Notes: generated from the letters alone by a model not told the origin. A DNA stretch of 58,466 nucleotides from an uncultured Bacteroidales bacterium (GCA_964493875.1 CAZBPT010000004.1:1-58466); one strand, 5' to 3'. Positions 9,583-19,775 are shown, counted from the first letter of the stretch. A program made the numbers and translations.

Positions 9583-9621
9583 AAAAAATAGTTAGTCTTT
9601 TTTTGACTAACTATTTTTTTT
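9583..9621 (+). terminator. Rho-independent terminator (bidirectional shape)
   Basis: The sequence aaaaaatagttagtc-ttttttt-gactaactatttttttt has a 10-bp core stem extended by A/T pairs, followed by a T-run. Confidence 0.7.
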
Positions 9622-9637
9622 AATATGAAAAAAATAT

Positions 9638-9645
9638 TATTTTTG
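9638..9645 (+). promoter_or_regulatory. Candidate -7 promoter motif TATTTTTG for buk
   Basis: TAnnTTTG match 19 nt upstream of the ATG at 9665. Confidence 0.4.
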
Positions 9646-9664
9646 TACAAATAAATAAACAACA

Positions 9665-10744
9665 ATGATATATAGAATTTTAACAATTAATCCGGGATCA
9701 ACATCAACAAAAATTGCTGTGTATGATAATGAAAACAACATTTTTGAAAAAAACATTAAACATACTGTTGAAGAATTAGCACCATTCAAAACAATTATTT
9801 CTCAATATGAATTTAGAAAAGAAAAGATTGTAGAATTGTTAAAAGATAATAATATAGATATAAACTCAATTAATTGCATAGTAGGAAGAGGCGGTTTAAT
9901 AAAACCAATACCATCAGGAATATACGAAGTAAATGAAGATCTAAAATCAGACCTCATCGAAGCACGCATGGGAGAACATGCAAGTAATTTAGGCGGATTA
10001 ATTGCTGAAGATTTAGCAAAAAGTTTAAAAAATGTGAAAGCTTATATTGCTGACCCTGTTGTTGTTGACGAATTGGAAGATATTGCAAGAGTTACCGGTC
10101 ATCCATTGTTTGAACGTGTATCCATTTTTCACGCACTAAATCAAAAAGCTATTGCTCGCCGTTATGCAAAAGAAAACGGGAAAAAATACGAAGATTTAAA
10201 CTTGATTGTAGTTCATCTTGGTGGAGGAATTTCAACAGGTGCCCATAGAGCAGGAAAAGTTATTGACGTAAATAATGCACTCGACGGCGAAGGACCTTTT
10301 TCTCCGGAAAGAACAGGAACTTTACCTGTAGGACAACTTGCTAAAATTTGCTTCAGCGGAAAATATACTTACGATGAAGTAAAACAAATGATAAAAGGTA
10401 AAGGTGGTTATTCTGCTTATTTAGGAACAAACGATGCGTGGGAAGTAGAAAAAAAATGTAACGCCGGAGACCAAAAATTTATTTTCTACCGTGATGCAAT
10501 GGCATATCAAGTTGCAAAATCTATCGGTGAAGCAGCCGTAGTATTAGACGGTAAAGTTGATGCTATCATACTTACAGGTGGAATCGCAAAAGATGATTAC
10601 TTCTGTAACTTTATTCACAAGAAAGTTGCCTTTATTACTCCGAATTGGGCGATATATAAAGGAGAAGACGAAATGCAAGCACTTGCATCAAACGGATTGA
10701 TGGTTTTGAATAAAGAAATTGAAGGAAAAATATATAAAAAATAA
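9665..10744 (+). CDS. buk: Butyrate kinase
   Basis: 359 aa. The N-terminus ILTINPGSTSTKIAVYD and overall ASKHA-fold acetate/butyrate kinase pattern and length are typical of Buk. Confidence 0.9.
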   Translation: MIYRILTINPGSTSTKIAVYDNENNIFEKNIKHTVEELAPFKTIISQYEFRKEKIVELLKDNNIDINSINCIVGRGGLIKPIPSGIYEVNEDLKSDLIEARMGEHASNLGGLIAEDLAKSLKNVKAYIADPVVVDELEDIARVTGHPLFERVSIFHALNQKAIARRYAKENGKKYEDLNLIVVHLGGGISTGAHRAGKVIDVNNALDGEGPFSPERTGTLPVGQLAKICFSGKYTYDEVKQMIKGKGGYSAYLGTNDAWEVEKKCNAGDQKFIFYRDAMAYQVAKSIGEAAVVLDGKVDAIILTGGIAKDDYFCNFIHKKVAFITPNWAIYKGEDEMQALASNGLMVLNKEIEGKIYKK

Positions 10745-10762
10745 TTTACAATGAAAAAATCG

Positions 10763-10772
10763 TTTTTTTTTT
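10763..10772 (+). other. T10 homopolymer separating an ATG plus signal-peptide start from the frame of the transglutaminase-like ORF
   Basis: The ATG at 10751 reads MKKSFFFS and hits a stop at 10775. The long ORF frame is already open here and reads FLILICIYSCNNNN... T11 or T8 would fuse the two. Confidence 0.8.
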
Positions 10773-10929
10773 CTTAATATTAATTTGCATCTATTCTTGC
10801 AATAACAATAACTACGACTCAAATTTAGATAAAGACTACCAAAAAAAGAAAGAATTATTACAAAATTATTGCAATAATTATTTTGAGAAAGTAGAAAGTG
10901 ATACATTAGCACAAGACGAGCAGCATTAT

Positions 10930-13353
10930 TTGAAATTTCTGTTTGCTTATATGCCGTTAAGCGATTTTGCCGAATACGACTTTAATTTCTATCTGCAAAT
11001 AGTAAAAAAATCCATTGAAGCGAAAAACACATTTGCTTGGGCAAAAAATGTTCCAGACGATATCTTTGAATCCTATGTACTGCCTCCACGTATTAACAAT
11101 GAAAATCTCGACTCTACAAGAATATTGTTATTTGAAGAATTAAAAAGTCGTTTTGCTGATAAGGAATATTCATTGGAAGAAGCAACATTGGAAATAAACC
11201 ATTGGTGCCACGAAAAAGTTAATTATCAACCAACAGATGAAAGAACAATTGGTCCTTTAGGAGCAATAAAACGTGCCTACGGACGCTGTGGAGAAGAATC
11301 TACTTTTCTGACAAATGCTCTTCGCTGCGTGGGCATTCCCGCACGACAAGTTTACACTCCCAGATGGGCTCATACCGATGATAACCACGCTTGGGTAGAA
11401 GTTTGGATTGACGGAACATGGAAATATTTAGGAGCCTGTGAACCTTTACCACAATTAAACAGAGGCTGGTTTGATATTCCTGCAACTCGCACAATGTTGG
11501 TTTATGCAAAAGAATTCGGAAAGAAAACTGCAAGCGATAACAAAAACTTTTTATTTGTTACCGATAACTATGTAGCAATAAATTCCATCTCAAATTATGC
11601 TCCCACAAAAGAAATAGAAATCCTTGTTACAGATTCAAAAAACAATCCATTAGAAAATGTTTCTGTTCAATTTCAATTATACAACTATGCAGAAATGTAT
11701 CCATTGTTAAGTCAACAAACTGACAAAAACGGGAAAGTATTTTTTCAAACAGGTATAGGTGCATTAGATGTTTATGTGAGCAACGATAAAAATTTCATTG
11801 TAAGAACGGTACAACCTGAAGAAAAAGGATTGATAAAAATTGTATTAGACAGAAATAAATATCCTGCAAAACATGTGATATATAAAGTTCCTGTTCCCGG
11901 AATGAGCAAAAGCACAGACGAACAATTAGAAAAAGAAAATAATATTAGAATAGCAGAAGAAGATAGTATTCGCGAAAAATATATTTCAACATTTTACACA
12001 AAAGAGAAAGGAAAAGAATTTTGTAGCAAATATAATTATCCAGAAGAAGTATCTGAATATCTTATCAATAGCAGAGGAAATTACAAAGAAATTGAAAAAT
12101 TCTTGATAAAAGCGTCTAAAAAAAATCTTGGAAAAGAAGCCGCAAAATTATTAAAAGTTATTGCAACAAAAGACTTGTGCGATAATTATTCCGAAGTATT
12201 TGAAGAACATTTACAATTTGCATACTCAGTAAAAAACAATCAAATTCCTGAAGAAATATTTGAACAATATGTTTTGAATCCTCGAATTGCATTTGAAATG
12301 CTAAAAAAATACAGAAAAGAAATTCATGAAGAATATAAAAAATTCAATTACTATAGCGATATTGAAACAATAAAAGCAGAAATTTTATCAAAAATATCCA
12401 CAAAGATAAACGACATCAAAGTAGATGACATCAACAGTTTTGGCGTTGTCATTACACCAAGTGGAGTAAATAAAATAAAAATTGCCAACGACAAATCATT
12501 AAAAATATACTTCATAGCCGTATGCAGAACACTTGGTATTCCTGCACAATTAGAATCAGCAACTGGTTATATCCGTATTTATAAAGACGGACAATGGAAA
12601 GAAGTTTTATTAGACAGCGATAAAAACGACAACAGCGAAATAAAAAGAGGTAAAATACGAATGAAATCGGCAATAGAAAATCGCGAATTAAAATACAGAA
12701 TTAATTTTGCTTTGGCTAAATTATCAGACGACAATATTTTTAAAACTGTGGATTTGGATTGGGAAATTCCAATTGACAAATTTCACGATGGAATAGAATT
12801 GCCAACAGGCGAATATATGTTACTCTCTTCGTCTCGTATGGAAAACGGAGATGTTATTGTTGAAAGAGAATATTTTAATTTACAAGAAGGAGAAGATACT
12901 ACCCTAATAGTAAATATTCCAAAAATTGAAAACGAAAATACAGAATCGAAATTATTCAATTCTCAAAATATCTTCGGAAAAAACAATGAAAATATTAATA
13001 TTGAAAATATTCTCAACAAAAACAAATACACGGCAATTTGTTGGATTAAACCCTCATCGGAACCATCAAAACACATTATGAGAGATTTAACTCCAATGAT
13101 TGAAGTTTTGAAAAAGAATGCTATCAATACAATATTTCTTCACGACGAAGCCGAATTTGTTGCCAATAAATATGGTTTTTCAGATACATTAGATTATTAC
13201 TACGACAAAAAATTTGAATTATTACAAAAAAATACTTCAATAACTGGAAAAGAATTCCCAATAATACTTTTATTGGAAAATAATAAAATTATATTTAGCT
13301 CTGAAGGCTATGTAATTGGCATTGGAGAATTATTGTTAAACAAAATAAAATAA
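10930..13353 (+). CDS. Transglutaminase-like cysteine protease domain protein; probable lipoprotein whose 5' end is frame-disrupted
   Basis: 807-aa ORF as given, from TTG 10930 (next ATG at 10951). The transglutaminase core has Cys/His/Asp context (YGRCGEESTF...DDNHAWVEVWIDG). The frame stays open upstream to the T10 tract at 10763-10772. Confidence 0.8.
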   Translation: MKFLFAYMPLSDFAEYDFNFYLQIVKKSIEAKNTFAWAKNVPDDIFESYVLPPRINNENLDSTRILLFEELKSRFADKEYSLEEATLEINHWCHEKVNYQPTDERTIGPLGAIKRAYGRCGEESTFLTNALRCVGIPARQVYTPRWAHTDDNHAWVEVWIDGTWKYLGACEPLPQLNRGWFDIPATRTMLVYAKEFGKKTASDNKNFLFVTDNYVAINSISNYAPTKEIEILVTDSKNNPLENVSVQFQLYNYAEMYPLLSQQTDKNGKVFFQTGIGALDVYVSNDKNFIVRTVQPEEKGLIKIVLDRNKYPAKHVIYKVPVPGMSKSTDEQLEKENNIRIAEEDSIREKYISTFYTKEKGKEFCSKYNYPEEVSEYLINSRGNYKEIEKFLIKASKKNLGKEAAKLLKVIATKDLCDNYSEVFEEHLQFAYSVKNNQIPEEIFEQYVLNPRIAFEMLKKYRKEIHEEYKKFNYYSDIETIKAEILSKISTKINDIKVDDINSFGVVITPSGVNKIKIANDKSLKIYFIAVCRTLGIPAQLESATGYIRIYKDGQWKEVLLDSDKNDNSEIKRGKIRMKSAIENRELKYRINFALAKLSDDNIFKTVDLDWEIPIDKFHDGIELPTGEYMLLSSSRMENGDVIVEREYFNLQEGEDTTLIVNIPKIENENTESKLFNSQNIFGKNNENINIENILNKNKYTAICWIKPSSEPSKHIMRDLTPMIEVLKKNAINTIFLHDEAEFVANKYGFSDTLDYYYDKKFELLQKNTSITGKEFPIILLLENNKIIFSSEGYVIGIGELLLNKIK

Positions 13354-13356
13354 GAC

Positions 13357-14016
13357 ATGGAAAAAAGAAGAATTGAAATAGCACCATCGCTATTATCTGC
13401 AAATTTTTTAGAATTAAAGAAAGATATTGACATGATAAATAAAAGCTGTGCAAATTATCTACATTTAGATATTATGGATGGCGTTTTTGTTCCTAACATA
13501 AGTTTTGGAATGTCAATAACAAAACAAATACGCAAAGCTACAACTAAAAAATTGGATACTCATTTAATGATAATTCAGCCAGAGAGATATATTCAAGATT
13601 TTAAAGAAGCTGGAGCAGACATTCTGACAATACATTATGAAGCATCAACTCATTTGCACAGAAGTATTGAAACAATTAAAAAATGCGGAATGCAAGCAGG
13701 TGTTTCAATAAACCCGCATACGAGTATATCATTATTAGACGAAATAATTCCTTACGTAGATTTGATATTGATAATGTCAGTAAATCCGGGTTTTGGTGGA
13801 CAAAGTTTCATTCCGACATCCTTAGATAAAATAAAACGTTTGAGGGAAAAAGTTGATAGAGTAAATCCAAAAATTATTATTGAAGTTGACGGAGGAGTAA
13901 ATACCGAAAACTATAAATCGATTATTAATGCAGGAGCAGATATGCTTGTTGCTGGAAATTCTGTATTTTCATCAAAAAATCCGATAGAAACTATAAAGCA
14001 ATTATCTCAATTTTAA
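13357..14016 (+). CDS. rpe: Ribulose-phosphate 3-epimerase
   Basis: 219 aa. IAPSLLSANF...HLDIMDGVFVPN...MSVNPGFGGQ.F motifs are present. Confidence 0.95.
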   Translation: MEKRRIEIAPSLLSANFLELKKDIDMINKSCANYLHLDIMDGVFVPNISFGMSITKQIRKATTKKLDTHLMIIQPERYIQDFKEAGADILTIHYEASTHLHRSIETIKKCGMQAGVSINPHTSISLLDEIIPYVDLILIMSVNPGFGGQSFIPTSLDKIKRLREKVDRVNPKIIIEVDGGVNTENYKSIINAGADMLVAGNSVFSSKNPIETIKQLSQF

Positions 14017-14937
14017 TTTTGCTCCAACTTGTAATACTTGACCTTCAGTCAAATTGTTTCTCTTACACAATTTTTTCAACTTAATTGCATACAATTGAGA
14101 TATTTTTTGTAGATCATCGCCTTCTTCTACAACATGAATTTTATTATCCTGAGTAGCTTTTGAACGTTTTGCTTTTAGATAAATTAATTCACCTTCTTTA
14201 AGATCTGTTCTTCCTCTAAGGTCATTATAATAATTTACTTGCCAACGCATTAAATTAACTTCTTTTGCAAGATCTTTAATACTTATGTCATTTTTCAAAA
14301 CAATGTATGGAACTTCATTATGAACAAATACTTCGTGATTATTTATCATCACACCGCCCATTGAAACCTCAAATTTTTCGGAAAAGTTAAAACGAGGTCT
14401 AGCAGCATTATTGTCGGCAAGAGTTTCATTCTGATTTTGTAGAGCTGAGTCGTACTGAGAAAGATTATATTTTTCAATAAGATTAATAACAGCTTCGGCA
14501 TAAGTAGGACTTGTTGCATATCCTGCTTTCTTCAATCCTTTTGCCCATTCTCTATAATCTGTAATATCAAGTTCAAAAAGAAAATGGTATCTAGAATTAT
14601 TTCTTAAAAAATCGGAATGATCCTTATAAGAATCTTCAGGAGAAGGATATTTTCTAAAGCATTCATTTTTCAAATCATCATCGGCATAAATACCGGGACC
14701 TGTCCAATTATTATGACATTTTATTCCAAAATGATTATTTCCTTCTTTTGCCAAATATGAATTCCCGCTAGCAGATTCCAAGATACCTTGTGCCAACGTA
14801 ATACTCGCTGGAACACCGGATCTTTGCATTTCTTTTACTGCCATTTCTTTATATGAATCAATATAATTTTCAGGAGTATATTGGGCAAAAATTGCAGTTG
14901 AAATACAAAATAAAATCAATAAAAGTATATTCCTCAT
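14002..14937 (-). CDS. Glucosaminidase-domain peptidoglycan hydrolase with LysM repeats
   Basis: 311 aa with a signal peptide and a glucosaminidase block (ASITLAQGILESASGNSYLAKEGNNHFGIK). C-terminal LysM-like repeats are present (HVVEEGDDLQKISQLY...). Its 3' end overlaps rpe by 15 nt. Confidence 0.8.
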   Translation of the reverse strand: MRNILLLILFCISTAIFAQYTPENYIDSYKEMAVKEMQRSGVPASITLAQGILESASGNSYLAKEGNNHFGIKCHNNWTGPGIYADDDLKNECFRKYPSPEDSYKDHSDFLRNNSRYHFLFELDITDYREWAKGLKKAGYATSPTYAEAVINLIEKYNLSQYDSALQNQNETLADNNAARPRFNFSEKFEVSMGGVMINNHEVFVHNEVPYIVLKNDISIKDLAKEVNLMRWQVNYYNDLRGRTDLKEGELIYLKAKRSKATQDNKIHVVEEGDDLQKISQLYAIKLKKLCKRNNLTEGQVLQVGAKLKLR

Positions 14938-15065
14938 ATATTTAATTGCTATAATTTTTTAGTTCTGCTAATTTACAAAATAAAACTATTCTAAATTTCA
15001 GAATAATAGAAAAGTATTTAACAGTAACTTGTTTAAAAACCTATCAAAAAATCAAAAAAAACCAT

Positions 15066-15073
15066 TACATTTG
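15066..15073 (+). promoter_or_regulatory. Candidate -7 promoter motif TACATTTG
   Basis: TAnnTTTG match 17 nt upstream of the ATG at 15091. Confidence 0.45.
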
Positions 15074-15090
15074 CAGGATATTTTCAACAA

Positions 15091-16545
15091 ATGACCGCAT
15101 TGATATTATTAGTAATCGTAATCGCATATTTGGGTATATTATTCATTATTTCACTAATAACATCAAAAAACGTTGACAACAAGAATTTTTTTCTAGGCAC
15201 AAGACAAGTTCCATGGATAATTATTTCGCTGGGAATGCTGGGAGATTCACTTTCAGGGGTTTCTTTTATTTCGGTTCCAGGTTGGGTTCAAAGCACGTCA
15301 ATGACTTATCTGCAAATGTGTTTGGGTTTCGTTGTGGGATATTTTGCCGTTGCCTATATTCTTCTTCCGATTTATTATAAATTAAAAACACCATCGATAT
15401 ATTCCTTTCTGGAAAATCGTTTTGGAACAACAAGTTATAAAACGGCTTCGGTACTTTTCTTAATTTCTAAAATATCAATTTCGGCATTACGATTCTTTAT
15501 TGTAGTAAAAATTTTACAAATACTTATTTTTCAAGAATTAGGGATACCATTTTGGGCAACTTCGTTATTTTTCTTAGCAGCAATTTGGGCATATAGCTTT
15601 AAAGGAGGATTAAAAACATTAATCTGGACAGACTTATTACAATCGCTGTTAATGTTTTCAGTATTGGTTGTAACCTTTATTCTCGTATCAAAAAAAATAG
15701 ATTTCACAATTGTAGAAAGCATAGAATACATAATAAATTCGCCTTACTCAAAAATATTTGAATTTAGAGATTGGTCATCAAAACAACACTTTGTAAAACA
15801 ATTTATCAGCGGGGCATTTATTGTAATAGTAATGACAGGCCTCGACCAGAGCATAATGCAAAAAAATTTGACATGCAAAAATCTTAAAGATGCGAAAAAA
15901 AATCTTCTAAGTTACGCTTGGTTTTTTATTCCTACAAACTTAATTTTGTTATCATTAGGAATTTTACTAATGTATTTTGCCGAAATAAACAATATCAATC
16001 CGGAATTGATAATGGGCGACAATTTATTCCCATTTTTGGCACAAAATTATCTCGGCAGCGGAGTATTGATATTATTTGTCATAGGACTAATTTCTGTTGC
16101 CTTCACATCCATAGATTCGGCAATAACAACCACAACAACATCATTTTGTTTCGACATTTTGAAAATCAATAACAAGGGAGAAGAAAAAATCAAAAAGGCA
16201 AGATTTTACACACAAATTGCTATTTCAGTTTTGATATTATTATTGCTACTATTTTTTTACTATCAAAGCAACAACACAATTATTGACGTTATCTACGTTG
16301 TTGTAGGTTATACTTATGGGCCATTACTAGGAATATTTACTTTCGGCATTTTCACAAAAATAAATATCAAAGAAAAATACGTTCCAATCATTGCAATAAT
16401 AAGTCCATTACTCTGCTTTTTTATTAACAAACTTTCAAATATTTATTTGAATTATTCGTTTGGATACGAGTTATTATTATTAAATGGGATAATAACTTTT
16501 ACGGGACTAATGATAATTAAAAAAAAAGAAAATAAAAAGGCATAA
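15091..16545 (+). CDS. Sodium:solute symporter (SSS) family transporter
   Basis: 484 aa with about 13 TM helices. Overall SSS-like pattern. Substrate not inferable. Confidence 0.7.
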   Translation: MTALILLVIVIAYLGILFIISLITSKNVDNKNFFLGTRQVPWIIISLGMLGDSLSGVSFISVPGWVQSTSMTYLQMCLGFVVGYFAVAYILLPIYYKLKTPSIYSFLENRFGTTSYKTASVLFLISKISISALRFFIVVKILQILIFQELGIPFWATSLFFLAAIWAYSFKGGLKTLIWTDLLQSLLMFSVLVVTFILVSKKIDFTIVESIEYIINSPYSKIFEFRDWSSKQHFVKQFISGAFIVIVMTGLDQSIMQKNLTCKNLKDAKKNLLSYAWFFIPTNLILLSLGILLMYFAEINNINPELIMGDNLFPFLAQNYLGSGVLILFVIGLISVAFTSIDSAITTTTTSFCFDILKINNKGEEKIKKARFYTQIAISVLILLLLLFFYYQSNNTIIDVIYVVVGYTYGPLLGIFTFGIFTKINIKEKYVPIIAIISPLLCFFINKLSNIYLNYSFGYELLLLNGIITFTGLMIIKKKENKKA

Positions 16546-16632
16546 TTTTTTCAAAAAGCAAGATCAAAATTTTGTCTAATCGTCTAATTATGTTTATTAT
16601 AGATAAAGTTTTGAAAATCTAAAAAAAAATTA

Positions 16633-16640
16633 TATCTTTG
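16633..16640 (+). promoter_or_regulatory. Candidate -7 promoter motif TATCTTTG for ychF and the downstream gene string
   Basis: Exact TAnnTTTG, 56 nt upstream of the ATG at 16697. Confidence 0.45.
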
Positions 16641-16696
16641 TATTATATCAACGATTTCAATATAAAAAATTATTTTAAACACATCAAAAATTAGAA

Positions 16697-17794
16697 ATGG
16701 CATTACATTGTGGAATTATAGGAATAACAAATTGTGGGAAGACAACAGTATTTAATTGTATGTCAAATGTGAAAGCAGAAATTACAGGATTTGCCTTTTC
16801 GAGCAACAAATCGAATCTTGGCGTAGTAAATGTTCCTGACCCACGGCTCGTAGAGCTTGAAAAATTAGAGCCAACGGAAAAATTAGTATATGCAACAATA
16901 GATATTGTGGACATACCGGGACTAACCAAAGGAGCGAGTCAAGGAGAAGGAATCGGAAATTCTTTTTTATCGGACATTCGAAATGCTGATGCTTTAATAC
17001 ATGTGCTTCGTTGTTTTGAAGACGAGAATTTAGCTCATATTGATGGTTCCATAAATCCAGTAAGAGATATGGAAACCATTGATTTAGAATTACAAATAAA
17101 AGATTTGGAATCTGTGAACAAGAAAATTCTCAGAATGGAAAAAATTGCAAAATCAGGCGATAAAGATGCTCGTCAGGCAATAGAAGTTTTGAATGTTTAT
17201 CGTGATCATCTCGAAAATATGCAAAACGCCAGAACGGCTCCGGTGAAGGAAGAAGACAAAAAATACGTTGAAGATCTTTGCTTGCTGACAGCAAAACCTG
17301 TTATTATTGTCTGTAACGTTGATGAAAAATCGCTGACAGAAGAAAACAAATATGTAACAGCAACAAAAAATGCCGTGGCAGCTGAAAATATTAAAGTATT
17401 GACAGTAGCAGCAAAATTGGAAGCTGAAATTAGCGAATTAGAAAGTGACGAAGAAAAACAAGAATTTTTAAAAGATTACGGATTAAAAGAAGCAAGCGTA
17501 AATGTAATAATAAGAGCCGCATACGATATGCTGAATTTACAGTCATTTTTTACTGTTGGTCCAAAAGAAATAAAAGCATGGACAATTTCGAAAGGAATGA
17601 CAGCCCCAGAAGCAGCAGGCGTAATTCACAGCGATTTGGAACGTGGTTTTATCCGTGCAGAAGTAATGAAATATCAGGACTTTATTACTCTCGGTTCTGA
17701 AAACGCCGTAAAAAATGCAGGAAAATTCCATGTTGAAGGAAAAAATTATGTTGTAGCTGATGGTGATATTATTCACATAAGATTTAATGTATAA
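16697..17794 (+). CDS. ychF: Ribosome-binding ATPase YchF
   Basis: 365 aa with a P-loop (GIIGITNCGKTTVFN). The conserved C-terminal TGS-like block is present (AGVIHSDLERGFIRAEV...GDIIHIRFNV). Confidence 0.95.
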   Translation: MALHCGIIGITNCGKTTVFNCMSNVKAEITGFAFSSNKSNLGVVNVPDPRLVELEKLEPTEKLVYATIDIVDIPGLTKGASQGEGIGNSFLSDIRNADALIHVLRCFEDENLAHIDGSINPVRDMETIDLELQIKDLESVNKKILRMEKIAKSGDKDARQAIEVLNVYRDHLENMQNARTAPVKEEDKKYVEDLCLLTAKPVIIVCNVDEKSLTEENKYVTATKNAVAAENIKVLTVAAKLEAEISELESDEEKQEFLKDYGLKEASVNVIIRAAYDMLNLQSFFTVGPKEIKAWTISKGMTAPEAAGVIHSDLERGFIRAEVMKYQDFITLGSENAVKNAGKFHVEGKNYVVADGDIIHIRFNV

Positions 17795-17796
17795 TA

Positions 17797-18615
17797 ATGG
17801 CAAAAAAGAAGGTTAAGAATTGGTTATTAAAAAAATTCCAAATTGTTGTTCGTAAAAAAAATTATGAAATAATTTGGCGATTTAATACAAGTACGTGGCA
17901 AGTGATTGTTTTCGTATTTCTTTTTATAGTGATTTCTTTTACAGCTAGTTATTTTTTGATTGGTTACACTCCGATAGAATCTACATTGCCAAATTTTCCC
18001 AGTTTGGAACAGAAAAAAATGATGCTTGATAATTACAGATTAAGCGACAGTTTGTTAAAAGAAATTGAAAGTAGAGACAAATATTTTACGATGATAAGAG
18101 ATTTTGTATTAGACGAAGTCCCTATTGACGAAGAATATGTAGTTTCACCAAAAGAATTATCACAACAAGAAATTGAAGAATTTAACGACCCGACAGTACC
18201 ACGAAAAGAAAAACACGCACAAAAAATAACATTTAAAAGAGACGAAATACCGAAATTGCTTGCTCCTATTGATGGAGTAATTGCAAATGAGTTCGACGCT
18301 CAAAAAGAGCACTACGGAATTGATATTATTTCTCCAAAACCCACTACCATAAAAGCTACTTTATCAGGCATGGTTATTCTAACAGACTTCACACTAAAAT
18401 CTGGCTATACTGTTATCATTCAACATAATAACAATTTAGTTTCTATATATAAGCATTGTGAATCTATTATCACATCACAGGGAGCTTTTGTAGATGTAGG
18501 TCAGGCTATTGCTATTTATGGAAATAGCGGAGATGAGAGCACTGGCAAGCATTTGCACTTTGAACTGTGGAAAAAAGGCTATCCATTAAACCCAAGTGAA
18601 TATATAAATTTATGA
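17797..18615 (+). CDS. M23-family metallopeptidase, membrane-anchored
   Basis: 272 aa with one TM helix. M23 motifs are present (HYGIDI, GNSGDESTGKHLHFEL). Confidence 0.85.
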   Translation: MAKKKVKNWLLKKFQIVVRKKNYEIIWRFNTSTWQVIVFVFLFIVISFTASYFLIGYTPIESTLPNFPSLEQKKMMLDNYRLSDSLLKEIESRDKYFTMIRDFVLDEVPIDEEYVVSPKELSQQEIEEFNDPTVPRKEKHAQKITFKRDEIPKLLAPIDGVIANEFDAQKEHYGIDIISPKPTTIKATLSGMVILTDFTLKSGYTVIIQHNNNLVSIYKHCESIITSQGAFVDVGQAIAIYGNSGDESTGKHLHFELWKKGYPLNPSEYINL

Positions 18616-19775
18616 TTATGAAAAATATTGCTATTATTGGTTCAACCGGATCTATAGGTCAACAAACATTGGAGGTTATTCGTGATAATTACGAAAAATT
18701 TCATGCGGAATTACTCATTGCAAACAACAATGCTGATTTACTCATAAAACAAGCGTTACAGTTTAAACCTAAAACCGTTGTTATTGCCAATGAAGATCTT
18801 TATGATTACGTAAAAGAAGCTCTTTCAAATCATGATATCGAGGTTTGTTCAGGAAAAAAGGCAATTGAAGAAACAATTGTTGCAGAGAATATCGACATTG
18901 TAGTAACTGCATGTGTTGGCTTTTCTGGATTAGTTCCAACAATAAAAGCAATAGAAGCAAATAAAATCATAGCTTTAGCAAATAAAGAAACTCTCGTTGT
19001 TGCAGGAAAATTGATTAATGAATTATTGAAAGAAAGTAATTCTAAGATAATACCCGTTGACTCAGAACACTCAGCAATTTTTCAATGTTTATCAGGTGAA
19101 AAAAGCGAGAACGTTGAGCGTCTGATTCTTACAGCTTCAGGAGGCCCATTTAGAAATTACGACTTGCAAGCCCTCGAAAAAGTTACTCCTCAAGATGCAT
19201 TAAAACACCCAAATTGGAATATGGGAAATAAAGTAACTATCGATTCGGCAAGCCTCATGAATAAAGGATTAGAAGTGATAGAAGCACATTGGCTTTTTGG
19301 AGTTTCCTGGCAAAATATTGACGTCCTTGTTCACCCGCAATCTGTAATTCACTCAATGGTCGAATTTAAAGACGGTAGCATTAAAGCACAAATGGGTATT
19401 CCAACAATGAAACTACCAATACATTATGCCCTAAATTATCCGGAAAGAACTACTAGCCACAACTACAAACTCTCTTTTGAAAAATATAATACACTAACTT
19501 TTGAAGCACCTAACAGAGATGTTTTTAGAAATCTTAATATTGCATATTATTGCTTGAAAAAATCCGGCAATTATCCCTGCATTTTAAATGCAGCAAACGA
19601 AATAGCAGTAGAATCTTTTCTGAACGAACGAATAAAATTTACCGACATACCCGAAATTATTGAAAAGATTATCCCTAAAATTGATTATATCAAAGAACCG
19701 AGCCTGCAAGATTATTTCAATACAAATAATATTACACGCATAAAAACGTTAGAAAGAATTAAAAAATTGAAATAA
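18612..19775 (+). CDS. dxr: 1-deoxy-D-xylulose-5-phosphate reductoisomerase
   Basis: 387 aa. Motifs IIGSTGSIGQQTLEV, DSEHSAIFQC, ASGGPFR and HPNWNMG are present. It overlaps the M23 gene by 4 nt. Confidence 0.95.
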   Translation: MIMKNIAIIGSTGSIGQQTLEVIRDNYEKFHAELLIANNNADLLIKQALQFKPKTVVIANEDLYDYVKEALSNHDIEVCSGKKAIEETIVAENIDIVVTACVGFSGLVPTIKAIEANKIIALANKETLVVAGKLINELLKESNSKIIPVDSEHSAIFQCLSGEKSENVERLILTASGGPFRNYDLQALEKVTPQDALKHPNWNMGNKVTIDSASLMNKGLEVIEAHWLFGVSWQNIDVLVHPQSVIHSMVEFKDGSIKAQMGIPTMKLPIHYALNYPERTTSHNYKLSFEKYNTLTFEAPNRDVFRNLNIAYYCLKKSGNYPCILNAANEIAVESFLNERIKFTDIPEIIEKIIPKIDYIKEPSLQDYFNTNNITRIKTLERIKKLK

